Positions 20,868-35,800 of a stretch of DNA of 64,000 bases are shown here, in pieces. Below the pieces are notes generated by a model. The model saw only the letters and a list, made by a program, of their open reading frames with translations. It was not told the origin of the DNA and did no database searches. Location: the NCBI RefSeq assembly GCF_964355755.1, contig NC_092680.1, positions 7,502,001-7,566,000 on the forward strand, read 5' to 3'. The translations under genes and the position numbers were made by a program. The number at the start of each line of letters is the position of its first letter. Position 1 is the first letter of the stretch. The stretch is from Antedon mediterranea (taxonomy: Eukaryota > Animalia > Echinodermata).

Positions 20868-23800
20868 TTACTCGACATCCGTAGATGATTTCTCCGACTC
20901 TATATTAGCTCGATCCACATTCTGAACAGTAGTGCCTAAGATTCCTTCTATATCTTGTATCACGTCCTGAAATAGAAATTGATATTTTCTTGTAACTTGG
21001 AATGAAAACAATAAACTTAAAATACTGTAATATTAATACTTGTTCATTATTGAATGTATGTTTGTTAATTTCACACATAATAAAAGGATATATTAATTTC
21101 AATCAGACAGTGTACTACTCTAAGCTCTTTCAAGACCCAGTTGAAGTCGTTCTCTTTCAAACAAGTTTTTCAGTAATTTAAATTCTTATTACCACATCTC
21201 GTCTATTTTATTTTATGTACCGCGCAATGAGAGCATATGCGCTCTATAAGAATGAACTTTTATTATTTGTAATCTTCTTTTGTAATAGAGCTAATTTATT
21301 GAACTGGCAGGGTTTTTAGCCAGACGATTAACGAATGGGGTTAAATTGGTTCAAAACACAGCAGCAACAAAGCCAGATGCACTGGCTTATGTAAGGGCAC
21401 TCCAATTTTTAGTCCGTAACTGAGAGTATTTATGTACCTTGAAATTGGTTTCTCCTTGCATGTTAGGAGCAGAGATTTCCTGATGAATTATAGATAAATT
21501 GCGAGCAAATGATGCGAGGGCGCTTTGAAGTTGGTCGCCAACTGTTAACATTCCCATTACTTCTCGCTTGAAACTGTCAATCAAGGTAAAGACACTGCCT
21601 TGGCGTACCTGTCAAAATGGATTCAAATTTTCTTTGTTTATTTAACTTTGTACACAGCAAATACATACTTTTAGTTAAAGATGTATTGTCGCCCAAAAAC
21701 ATGAAAAATAAAGATTAATAAAATCAGACTTTGAATAGATTAATTTGTAGCTTTAATCAAGATAATCATTTCTGTAGAAAAAAAATTTGAAAAAATTAAT
21801 GTTTTTACTTATAAAATTACAAAATAAATGGTTAAATTCAATCAAAAACCCATTGGCTGGTAGCCAATTTGTTTGCTTTAAATTACATTTTTTTAGGTAA
21901 ATACTTTTTTTTTCAATCCAATTTTTGGTCAAAGTGGATAACTATTTGGTGACATTAAAATGGCATGCTTAACAAAAAAATTTTTAAGAATTAATTTTTC
22001 AGGGGGACAATACATCTTTAAGGATTGGTCCAAGCTTGAAATACCATAAAGAAGCGAAATATAACATTTATATATATTCAACTATTTTTGCATATAAATA
22101 GCTACAGTTTTAACATAAACCTATAAAGCTCTGTCTACACTATCAAAAATGTGATGTGCCCATATATGGAAACGATGATGTCATATCACTACCATATTTG
22201 GGTACGTCACACTTTTTTGTCAACTAGTTTGGTAGTGCAGACAGAGCTTTAGAGATCGCATCGTTTCTTACCTTAATATCAAAGCCAATACCATGAGCTC
22301 GGCACATTTGGAAGAAAACACTATAGTGTACCATGGCTAAGTTGGTGTGTCTTAAGCGTGTACTCATTACAGCGTATCGACTTGTTAGTGGTTCACTCTA
22401 CAAATAAATTATAACACGATTTAGCAGCTTTTCATTATTATTCATAAATTGTTTAACTTGCAGGCCTTTTCTTTTGAAAATTATAGGTGTGCTACAAATT
22501 GCACTCCTCAATACATTCAGGGGTGCTGTAGGTGTGCTGTTTGTATTTTAGTGTGTAGAAGTTTACCAAATTTAAGGTTGTTGCAAATCGCTCTCCTCAA
22601 GTGCGGTTTAGGAGTGTGTTAGGTGAGTGATCGCACTCGCTTGCCTTAAAAGACAAGGCCTGAATTGTATGGAAATGTATACAGACATTAGAGGACCAAA
22701 CATGGAGTTGTCTTTTAGGCCAGATCAGCCTTATACCCAGCCACAGTAGTATATGTCATGCTAATGACTTACTATGACAATATCATGAATAGAGATTATA
22801 GGAATCTAGAGAATTAAAACCTTTTGTATAATAATATATTTTTAATAAATCACACCCACTTCATCTTCATGTTCTTCATCTTGTCTCATTCGTCTTTTCT
22901 TCTTGACTTCTTTTTTTTGCCGAGGAACATCTAAAGTCCAGTTCTTGCAGTCGATAGTACCCCCAGTCAAGTATAACATCATATTTGTCATGGCAAGGCT
23001 GTCATCATACCAAAGATTTAAATCTACAGCCCATAGTTTTTGTTCCATCTGAGGTGAAAGATTGTAATAAAAACATTATAAAGTATTACATTAAGGGAAA
23101 TATATTCTTAGGACAGTTTTCCCGAAATAGGAATGTCCCCTAAATAGGGGTATCCAAAGGATACTGTACTATTGTACTAAACAATCATGGAAACTCACCG
23201 AACTAGGGTCAATGAAGGTCACAAAGTCAATAGCCATGTAGCCAACGACACCTCGCTGTTGGCAGCTGCGGCCAATCTTATAACAAGTGTTATTAAGGTC
23301 TTCTGGTTCCACTGATGACTGCGGTACAGAAACACCCCAGCAATTGAAAGGTGTCTCAGCATGGATTTGGTCACCAGATGATAGCAGTAGAATTTGACCA
23401 GTAGGCTCGATAAACATGTTGACACGCAGAGAAGTGACACTGTCTGACGGGGGACAGGCTTCTATAACACCTCCTGTATATAATAACAGCATACATGATA
23501 ATTTGTTAGCAATTTTGTGATGAATTAATACTTTTATACATGGATCTACATTATTTAGAAAAAAAACACCTTATAAATAATAAAATAAGAATTGCATACT
23601 ATAAAATATATGACAAAGTATAGTCCAAGGGGTTCAAGGTAAGAAATTTAATGAAAATTAGTTTTAAGCTCTGTCTATACTATCAAACTAGGAATGATTG
23701 TATTAAGAATGAAATTGACCAAAGCTGTTCTCTACATTTAGCTTAAATTGGGGTTGGGACTATACTCAAGCATGGGATTAGACTAACCGCAAATACAGTA

Positions 23801-26800
23801 TTCAATTGTGCCACTTTTTTACCATTTGTGTGTACAGTATTAGTAGTGTTTTTAACACTTTCAAAAAGTAAAAAAGTATAGTATTAACATGAATACCTTG
23901 ACTGAGAAATGCATCTAGAAACTTTGACCATGTTGGAAAGACACTAGTGTTGACTGGACGGCAGTGCTTTGTTAGAATACCAGGTATCTCAGCGTGAATT
24001 TTAATGTACGCTGCTTCCTATACAATAAGGAAAATACAATCAATACAATAGGGGTTGCCAGTGATTAACAAGTCCATAATCAGATGGGTTGACTGCTGAC
24101 TGTAGTGCATGGAGACTTTGTAGTCATAAACCACAGCCAGAACATGGAACTACATACAAAATTAGTATGAAAGAACAACCTATGCAAGCATGAATAATAC
24201 CTCACTACCAAATTCAGATTTTGTAAGCAGTAAAATTGACATCATTTAAATATTGAACTGTGTTTTCTGGAAATAAAACAGCACAATTATTAACGTTCTC
24301 CATTGATATTTGATTTATTTGTACTGAAAGCCGAACCTTTGGAAACAGTGTACCACTGACAACTTTTATTTCATACCAATATTATGCAACAAACCTGAGC
24401 CCATCGTTTCTTCCACTTCTCCCCATATCTTTCTGCCTCTTTCTTAGCCCATGTGTGACACTTGAGGTGAGGTATAACATCACAATATGCAATCCCCCTC
24501 CCATCTACCTCATCATCTAGTTTGAAGAGGTACCGCTTTACATCTAGATTCTCTGTTACCAACTGAGCTAAACTCTCATGTATCTGAAGGAATTTAACAA
24601 AGGAATTACAGTATGATAAGGATGGACAATATAATGGCAAAGAACAGATAATCACACAGTATTAGTAAGTATGGAAATCAGGTAAAAATTAAGTCATGCC
24701 AAAGAACTACAGTACATACTCTTAAGCTCCTTCTATCAAACAAAAATGTGATGTGCCCATATATGGATACAATGATGTCATATAACTACCAAATTTTGGC
24801 ATATCACTACCATATTTAGTTACATCACACATTTTTGTCAAACTAGTTTGATCGTGTAGACAGAGCTTTATGATTAGGAAGGAATTACATAATTTCAAAT
24901 TATACTCATTTCATGTTGTTTAACAAAACTTTGGAGTTTACAAACACCGGGGTACTCCATACAAACGTGAGAGGGGTATAATAGAAGGCATGGTAAGTTA
25001 TTTTAAATATACTGACCTGTTGAAGATGATACACATCATAGTCTGAAGGAGGTGTGTCTACTTCCGCACTAGCAAACACTCTCTTTGAACCAGACTTTGT
25101 GGAATACAGGTGTGCTACCTCGGGTTCTGTTCCCAAAATAGGAACACCTATGAATGAAAGATATGCACTTGTTAAGAACAGTAGAACCACAATTAAGGGG
25201 ACACCTTCAGGTGTGAACAAGTGTTCCCTTAATAGGGGTGCCATATTGTTAAAACACATACTTATTTTTAAAATTTTTCTTTTTATTGATTGTCCATACA
25301 CTTTTTTTTATTTTATTCATTTCGCCAATAGACATGAAATAATAATTACAAAACATAGAAATATATATATTCAGGTTGAAATTTTCAGACCGTTTGGATA
25401 GAGTGCTCAATACCAAGGTAGAGCATAAATAAATTAAATAACAGCAGAAAACTTGGTTACTTCATTGTTTTAATATAGAAATATATATATATATATATAT
25501 GAAGACAAGACACGAAGCCGAGGAGAGACAAAAGCATTAAACAAAAAGCTGTCACCGGTAAGGTGTGTCTCTCCAACACAAAAATTACAAATAAAAAGAA
25601 TATATACTATAATAACATAGACATTTCACAAGATAAAAAAAATGATTTAAAAAGTTACAAAGTTTCTCTCCGACTTTTAAATAAACAAAATAAACTTATG
25701 TTATAATAGAGAAGAGTGTGATTAAAAAAATGCAAAAGTTAATCTTTACCAACCAGTAACAACACATAAACATAAGCTTTCACATGAAGAGTAATTCTAT
25801 AACAACAAGAATAAGCGCTGTAATAATAATGATCATAAAAAAAACACCATTTTGATTACAGGGGCCGGATTTATCAAACTTGCTTAGCAAAAAAATCGTC
25901 TTAACTTTGCCTTAAATCCTTGATTTTGCCTAAGTCAGATTTATCAATATATCTAAGCAAAAAAAATTGCTTAATTTTGTCTTAAATCTAAGACGAACAA
26001 CACCCTGCCTTAAGATGAAAAATTTCGTCTTATCTCATTTCTGCAACAGAAACATTCTTTTTTGACAACGCGAGCGCGCTAGGCCGGAACATTGAACATT
26101 CGGAAAGGCTACGCTAGTGCGTTTTACGCTGTACTACGGACGCTAAAATAATGATATCGATCTTCACAAAGATGGCCTAGAAATTGGACGAGCAAAACAA
26201 ATATTTTCGGGATAGGTACGACCCAATTGACTAGCTTTTAGAAAACTGTATCGCTTGCCAAGGGTCGCTGTCATTGATAAAAATAAATAAATGTTGATTT
26301 GATTTAAGTTTAGAGCGAATGATTTTGTATGTATTTCCGACTGTTGTGCTCTTTCTCTATTTCAAGTAATAAAAACAATAGTAGCCAGAATGCGCCCTCT
26401 CTTGTTGGGAGTGAAAATACGGAGATAAAATGTTATAGCGCCGCCATCGCTAAGAGAAAAAAGCTAATACGCATGCGTAAGCAAGAATTTTTCGTCTTAA
26501 GACATAATTTGCTGCCCTCTAGAGTTTAATTTTGCGCATGTGCAAAGTAAAATTTACCTAAGACAATTTTTCTGCTAAGACATTGCTAAGACGGTTTGAT
26601 AAATAAGATTAAGTTATTTGCTTAAGCACTTCTTAAATATTTCAGCTTAAGCAAAAATATAAGCAAATATTGATAAATGCCAACCCAGACCTAGAATTTC
26701 CGAGATAGTGAGGTCATCCTTGTGCATAGCTCCAGGAACAATGTAGGCCTCAGTTCCAGCTATGAGGTTTTCAATTCTCTTTAATGCTCTTGGACTGTAC

Positions 26801-29800
26801 TTCAAGTAGGAAGCTAGGCACATACTATGGCTCTACAAAGAAATATCAATATAAATAACACATGACATGTCCCAACATATGGGTAGTCCCTTGATAGGGG
26901 TTGACTGTAGTGTTAAAACATATATTTCCCCTTGTTAATAAATAGGGATAAAAAGTGAAAAATGGCCGTACAAAACAAAGATAGCACTTACTGGAAAGCT
27001 ATTTATAGCTTCAGGAATGATTATCTTAAACCTGGAAGACACATCTTTCTGGTTTTCAACATTGCCAGAATCTACTGCATTTTTCAAGCCCAATAATTTA
27101 TTATAGTATTGGAGAATCTCATCATTAATGGTGACAGGAGATACGTAGATAACATCAACATTGTCATCTGACAGAACAAACAAAATATTATTCATATAGA
27201 GTATCACGGTGTGAAGTCACAACGATAGAGAGCGGTGCATGGTTGCTAGCAAACCAAAAAATTTGTTCAACGCTACTATGTTGATAAACTGTAAAGATCT
27301 GTATTTCTATCAAATTATGTATCTTAGCTTGATTTTTTTTAGATTAAAACTGTAGTTGAAGAATAAATAGGTTATTAAAAACAAATATTTAGTGATCTTT
27401 TGAAATTTTAGTTTGTTTTTTTATTTATTAAGTTTTAAAATGACTACTTCAATAAGCCTATTCCAAACCATTGGTGACCTTGGAGTCACTCAGGCAGGTT
27501 GAACGCATTTTTGGTTGCGCTAGCAACCACGCAGCGCCACCCACTGTCGTGACGTCAGCACCGTGATACTCTATAATAACTATAACTACATGCATGACTG
27601 AACACATCACAATACTACATAACCCTTAGGTTGTGGTATGTTGTCGTCCACCCCATTTACATTTACCAGATTGCCTGTATTAAGGGGAAAACTTCAGGAC
27701 CCTTAAAGACACCTTCATTACAATTTGTGACGTTTTGTAAAAAATAATAGATATATATTACTTTAAAAACATTAAACCATGTCATTCCTTGTCTTAAATG
27801 TACGTTTTATAGTAAATTATGATAAAAAGGGAGAAACAATGCACTACCTAAGTAGCTCGCGCCGAATGACCTCTCGTGAACGGTCTTCAGGCCTAGCCTA
27901 GCTAGGCTTAGTTTTGTAGCCTAGCTGGTAAGCATCGGTAACGTACGAACATCGTACGCTAGCTATACTGTATACCTAGCCTGACGTTGTATAATTGCTG
28001 CATTAATTGTTTTTCTATTTTTGCCAGACTCCATTGATACAAATTGGGGAAAACCCGGTATTTTCGCTGAAAAGTTAGGAGTCTTCCATTTGTTTTGGCC
28101 TCACGATCATTTAAAAAGTGGGTGAATTACAGAAGAAAAACAAAAATATCAATCCGCGCGCAAAGCATTTTGGGATTTATAGCGTGCCGCTATAATTATT
28201 AGAATCAACTTATTTTTCACATTTTCAACCATTTAAAAACGAAAAAAGTTATCGCAATAGGACCATATAGTATTATTTTTACATTAAATATAGTTTGTGA
28301 TCTTAAATTAGATCTAAAAAACGTAGGGAAAGTGTCTTTAATTGGGGTGTCCATTGAACAGGGGTTAGAAAAATATCTCCTAAACAGATGTTTCCTGAAT
28401 GAATGGGAGTTCTACTACATTATTGCCACATCATACAAAATCATCTGTGTCCATATATGGACTTGATGATGTCATATCACTACCATATTTAAGCATATCA
28501 CTACCATATTTGGGCACATCATACTTTATAGAGAGCTTTACAATACCTTTCAAATCACAGAGTCTTGCCATTTGCAGATTCTGACGTATATTAAAATCGT
28601 TGATGCCTTGACGGATCTTCTGAGAATAACCCAGAGATGGAATGTGAATGATAGTTCGCCGCAACTGTTTCAATCTGCTCCATGTCTTTTGTAATTTCTA
28701 TATAATACAGAAATGTTTAAAAACTTTACTCAATAATACACTTGAAATTACCATATAAGTTATTCACTTTAAAAAGAATACAGGAGTTTATACAGGTATC
28801 TAAGTGAGGTATTATGTGGTAAATTAATTTTTCTTAGATTTTGTCCTACTCTGCTGTAAATTGTATAGTGAAGTAATTCCTGAATGGGAATCAAACACCC
28901 ATGAACTAAACTGAACTAGGTCACTAAACTGGTGGTCATACCTCTGATTTCTAAGTTGCAACATGTTATTTATTTTGTATATCAAAATGAGATCGAGATG
29001 CAAACTGCTTACTGGAGCAGGAAGATCACAGCATCATAAGGCTTGAATTCAAAGTTTACTGCTTAATTGTTTTTACCTCAGATTTCACTTTGAAATTCAC
29101 AAGTTCTTGTTTTCTTGTTAACTTAAGATTCTTACGTATCTTTGCCATCTTCACATTCATAATCCATGAGATCGCAATCACGCCTGCAGCCCACTTCTTT
29201 CGACGATACTCCAAGTATGCTTGTCTGTCTTTATACCGACGCCATGTCGATTGAATCTTTGATGCGGCTACATGAGTCCCTCTCGGGCCAAGGTAACGGC
29301 GTCCAGGTCGTCTGATAAGTGCCTCGACGTCATCTTTGTTGATGATGACTGATAGTAATTCTGGAATTGATGGATCTTTTTCTAATTCATATTCAAGTGC
29401 AAGGTCTGCAAGTCTGTAAGTAAAGAAATTAGTTGTTAAAGAAATTATTATTTATTTAATCATATTCTTCATAGTTCTTGGTTCTTAGTGTGACAATCCT
29501 ATTGCAGCTCAAATGAAGCTATACTAGGATTGGGTGCAGGTGAACCTGATAGAAACAGCAGGCCTCTGGATCTTTGTTTCTATGTTGTTATCCAAAAAGA
29601 CTTGTTCTATGACTAGAACCATGGTAAAGGAGAGTCTTAAACCGAAGCCAGTATTATAACTATAGTTTGCAGCACCACTTGACTTGTTAGTATCCTAACT
29701 GTAGTAGATTAAATCATTTTAAACATTATTAATATACAAATGTAACTGTAATATTTATACCTATCACCATTCACAAAGGCTAATGGTACTGCATATTCCA

Positions 29801-32800
29801 TCATCAGTTTTTCAAGTAGTTTCAATGTGCTACTGATGTTACCCCATGATAGGCAGTAGTGTTGCTTAAAGGCTGCATAATCTTTAGAATTCTCACATGC
29901 TCTGCCATGCTGAATAGCAAATCTATGATGCAGGTGCTTGAACTCACTGGCAGGAGTGGTCGGTGGTGGCTAAAAAAGGATATAAAGTTTAACTTTGGAA
30001 GAATGATTAAAGGGTAGATCTGGTTTCACTACAGGATTTATTTCTTAACATACCACTTTCATTATCTTTTGAGCCCACAATTTATCTTCTTATATTTTAA
30101 TTGTAAATAAGGAAACATAACACTTACAAATGGTTCTTTAATTTTCATGGGTACAAGTGAACGTGCAGATTTGGCAGATATTGCCCTCGATATGGGTGTT
30201 GAATGGACCCATAGACTATCACGGCCTTCAGATTCTGGCCTAGACTGGCTTAGCTGTGAGTGCATTGCCATTGGAGATTCTGGGGGTGGTGAAGGCTTCA
30301 TAGGTGTATGAAGATCAAGCTTGACAGATGCTAAAACATGGTTGCCATCTACACAGAGAATTAGTCAAAGTGTGAATTTGAAAAACCGGTAATAAATTAA
30401 ATTGGCTCTTTCTAAGTTATTTATCACTTGAAAATGGTTGTCATCTAGAATTTCAATAAACATACTCATTAACACATTAAGAGGATTTTGTTTCGTTATT
30501 TTAACATCTACATATTTTACATAATGATTCAACTGGGGCATTCAAAGTTACTAAGCTTTAAAACTGCTGCAGATCCTCAGTTGAGAGGACACCTTCGGGA
30601 CCCAACAAAGATTCCTCTTAATAGGGGTGGTATCCCTTTATTAGTCCTAATGCTACGCCTTGTTCTTTTCATGAGAAAGTGTTCCCTTAATAGTAGGGTT
30701 GTCCTCTGAATAAAGATGTCCAAAAAGAGACTAGTTCTACTGTTGTAGTCTATGAATTATAAAATGGACATTTACCAAAATTATTTTTATTGGTAATTTC
30801 TGTACGAATACATTTCATGGTTTAAGAGAAGAAAATATAATAATTGAACTTTAATATTGAATTATTTGGCCACAAGAGACGTACCTCCGCTTTTTAAATT
30901 CCTATGTTCTTTCTTTTCTTCTGGATTGTACAATGTTACCACTTTGTGTCGAACAGGATTCGGATCAAGAGTCAAATCTGCTGCGGGTGGAATCAGTCCT
31001 CTTTCAATGAGGCTTAAAATTCCTTTCCTTGCATCCCTTTCAGAAATCGGTGGTGGTATCAACTGAAACAGAATAATAATATGAATTATCAGTCAAAGCT
31101 TTAGCTATCAATTTAGAAAGGTTAGCTAATCGATTTAGAAGATTTATACAATATGCAAATGCATCATTACCTGCGGGTCGACACGGTTAGCTTTTGGAAG
31201 AACTGCAAGGTGTTCAATATTTGATCCCATAACTGGTTTCTGTAGTGGAAGCTTTGTTGAAAGAAAGCAAAAACAGTTGAAACAAAATGAAAAACTATTT
31301 CTAGAGAGTAACAGTTGCAATTTATACTTTCTATACTTTACCGAATCAACAGCGAGTGACTCACCAATTACAGGATGCTTATTGATTGAAATTGATTGAT
31401 TGAAATATATATTTATACTGGGTAACCTCTTCAGTCAAAGACTGGTCTCCCAGAGGGCCCAGTTATGATCAGTGGCTGTGATGTACTGTACTAATACACC
31501 GGGGTAACCCCCTACACGTCTCGAAAGATGTACTAGGTTCTTTAAACTCTCATTTGACGGCTTAGGGAGTGGAGTTGAAAGAGTTGTGAGTTACAACCAT
31601 GGCACTGGGTCGCAGTTGAACCACCGCACTAGGTCAGGGTTCAATATCTAAGAAGTTCGGCAAAACATATTGAAACACATACCTTTGTCTGACGCCTATC
31701 AACAATAAGAGGAAGAGAAATGCCATAGTTTTCATCCACCATCTTTCTGTTTTGTGTACTTGTGGGATCGGTCAATGCCTTTATGTTGTAAGTAAATTTA
31801 GCCTAAAAATTATATGATATGAGGTTATTTTTTATTTTATTCATTTCGGCAATAAACATAAAATAATAATTACAAAAAAAAAAACATAGAAATATATATA
31901 TATATATGAAAAACAAGACACGAGGCCGAGTAAAGACAAAAGCATTAAACAAAATTCCAATTCAAACTATTAAACAAAATGTATCCTTCTTTTGTCCTAT
32001 TCTTCCTTAAAAGTGGCATGATAATTTGTTGGTGTCAAAATTCTTTAGTATAAACAAAATTGGTAAGGATGGCTTGAGCAAGAAAAAATATGTTTTATCT
32101 TGATCATTACAATGTTTTTTTTTTGTTTGGGAGAAATGAAAACATTATTGTTGGTTTTTTGGATATTAGTACAGAAAACACAGAATCTCGAAATTCCATG
32201 GTAATCTTAAGCTCTGTCTATATTATCAAACTAGTGATGTTCCCAAATATGGTAGTGATATACCCAAATATGGTAGTGATTATGACACATATTTTTTTTT
32301 GAGTTTGATAGTGTAGACAGAGCTTAAGATGTGTTCATAGAGTGAAAAACAAAAGATATTTGAGGAAAAGTGATACATCACCTGTTGACCTGGTGATGGT
32401 CCATATGGCCCACCTGCACCTGCTGGCTCTATGGCTGTGTATCGGGGTACAGCATGTCTGAAACTAATACCAAAACCATAGTTAATCAAAGTAAAACATT
32501 AAGACAGTATCCACCAATACATTGTTAATTATATGTGGTACTTGGTACATTGGTCACTTTGCAACTCAAAACGAAGCTATACTAGGAGGGTCCCTTCACT
32601 CTCCTTAAATATGGCTATAAGAAAATTATGCTTTACTAATTTCTTGACAATGACAATGACAACTTCTTTTATTTTCTTTGTAAATAAAGTAGATAAATAA
32701 ACGACAAAATTAACATTTATAATTACAAAATTGATTTAAACAAAGAAAAGGGGAAAATTCTTGAAGCAGATGCTTATAAAAGAAAAAACCCCATTTAAAT

Positions 32801-35800
32801 ATAAAATTCATTAATAAATGTAAATCAGCTCAAAATTATAATTTCATAGAAATTTTCCAATAAAATACTACATTTAAACTAAGCAAACAATTTAATTTTT
32901 ATTTTTGATTTATAAAAGAATGGGTTTACGAATTATTTTCTGAAATCAAATGCATAAGAATGGGTTTACTAATTACTTTATCATATTATGTAATTTTCTA
33001 ATAGATGTTTTTTATACAGTTATTTATGTGTTTTAAAAAACAAATGATATATGTAAATATATTAATAAAATTATTTATAATTAAGTGGTACTGTATTACT
33101 AGTAGTAGTTACAAAGGAACAGTTTAAAACCTTGTCAATGCTCCAGGAGCTGGCTTTCGTAAGTCCAAAGACGTCAGATCCCATAATGTTTCCCTAGTAC
33201 AAAACAAAGTTTTTAAAGCTTTATGTGACAAAAAAATGTGATGATATGGACATAATGATGTCATATCACTACCTAATTTGGGCATATCACTACCATATTT
33301 GGGCACATCACACTTTTTTTTGTCAAACTAGTGTAGACAGAGCTTAAGTCAATATAGTAACTTGGGTGTGTAACATGTGATATGACAGCCAGTTGGGTGG
33401 ACCAGGTAAATGTCTAATTTATATGGTTGTTTGGTTTTGCTTTCAATTTTAATGTTTTGCTGGAAATTTCAACATAACTATAATTGTAAATATTTAATAA
33501 TTTTATATTGAATATTGAACTTTATTGCTATCTTTGCTGTTATTGTAAATTGTTTAAAAACATTTTAAAAGGTATCATGATGTTCTTCTTGCTGTTGGAT
33601 GTGTTTAAAATAAAATGCCATCAATCATTTTGCAACTACTTACTGGCTGCCACCAATCTCGCTAACTTTCCCCTTTGCATCGACAGAAGGCAGTGTTGTC
33701 ACCTTGTTGTTGACCACGTTCAGTATCTGCTCTGATCTAGCCTGCCAATTTTAAGACATTTTAATTTTAGAATGAATTTTCAGTTTCTGGGTGGACATAA
33801 AATCAATAAAAATCACATTAAATTATACAAAAGTATTGTATAGTATCCTGTTATTTTATGACCTACTCTTATCTTTCCTTCTAAGGAAGGCAAAAAACTG
33901 CCCCTTTACTTAATTTAAGGATTTGCTTCCACGACCTGGATCTAGAAATTTCCCATAACATTGTAGGTATAGAAATAAAAGCAAAACTACACTGGTAAAT
34001 AGGCCTATGTATAAATTAATAAATAATAACACTAGCTTCAGCCTACTAAATAATATTATAATTATAAAAGGCCAGTTTACTTTTTAATATAATGACGTCA
34101 CTCATAGGCCTATAAATTGTATGTAATGTAGGCTAGGCGAGCGAGGCAAAGTTAATTATAATATTTGGTAGGAATAGAGAAATAGGATGGTTGTCAGGGA
34201 TGTAAACCATACAATTACAATAAGGCCTAAAAAAAAAAATTGTTTGTTTGCTGTCAAGTTTTTTTTTTTTGGTAGGGGGGGCGGGTGGAAAAAAGTTTTT
34301 TTTTTTTTTTTTTTTTTTTTTCTAATGTTAATTTCTCTGTTATTTGCTCGCGAATTTGAGAGTAACAAAACACACTGAATAAAACAACGAGCTCAAACAT
34401 CTATTCATAATTTGTTTCACATTTTAATTCTGTTTTGGGCGCGTTAGGCCCCGTGTCTAAACTAGCCTAGGCTAGTCCTACTACTACACAGTAGGTCGTT
34501 GTTAGCAGGCCTAATATATAATTAAATATTTTAATTTTTAGAAGTTAGTGTACCGTATATTTCGGTGTATAAGTAGCACCTGTGTATAATAAGACGCACC
34601 CGACCCCTAACTGAGAGTAAAATATCGGTATTTTGTATATCGTCGATGTATAAGACGGCCGCGCCCAGCCTCAACAAGAAGAGAAGTCCCCCATTCCGTC
34701 AGTTCTTTCTAACTTGTTATGAATGAGTTTCGCACCCGCAACATCGAGTGCGTGACCGCACGTGTGTGTGGGCTAGCCTCGCTCGATCCTTTTATCGAGA
34801 GGCGCACGTTTTCACGGACAATCGTATTCGATTAGTATCTATGTATCCTAGAAGTGTGTACGCTAGGTCTATGCTATAATCAACTGGAGAATATACTAGT
34901 CGAATACTGTGTACACAATGTGGTTGCCAAGAAGGGCTCGCTCGCGCTGGGGGTACGACGGTCGTGCGTATAACTATAATACTATTCCAATCGTAAACGT
35001 CGTTTTTAAATGAAATTTTATCGGAGCGCCTAAAACAGCTCCATAATGAACAAATTTTTTCATCATATTTAGTACAAAATCACGCTAAAATGCCTTGAAA
35101 ACTAGCAGGTTGCTGTTACGCTAGTACACTGTAGCTAGGCTAGGCCTACTCTTTAGACTTTAGTAATACTAATAGGCCTATCTAGGCCTTACCTTAAAAA
35201 GCCCAGGCCTAGCCAACGAGGTGGCGATATCTGTGTTGAGGCATTTATGTTCGGTGTATAAGACGCACCCTTAATTTAGAGGTTAAATTTGCGTGTCAAA
35301 AGTGCGATTATACACCGAAGTACTGTATACGCTACGTTATTATTTTTATTGTCACTTCATCCTCGCACACTCGATTTTTACACCTTTTCGGCCAAAAAAA
35401 ATCATTAAAAAAACTCGTTTTTTTAAAGCGCCCTCAACGTAAAAAAAAAACTTTTTCTTATTTCCGCCCCAAATTTTTGGCGAAATTAGGGGCGGCGGAT
35501 GACAGCAAACAAACTATTTTTTTTTTTTGGCCTAATATTGCTTGCCTTAATTCCAAACTCTGTTTTTGCAATAGCATTCTCAAGTGCTCTGATATCAACA
35601 ACCTCTTTGTTGTTTGAACCCTCTCTCGTATTTGCTTGCAGGAGATGATCCTTCAGTTGTTTTAAATCTTCTTGCACCTATAAAAAAAATTATATATAAA
35701 ATTATACATTACATTACAATGCAGGGAGGGCTTGTTAAAATAGAGGTAGGTAGCCTCATCATTCACGTCAACTACTGGTAGGCTATGATCCGGCTATGCT

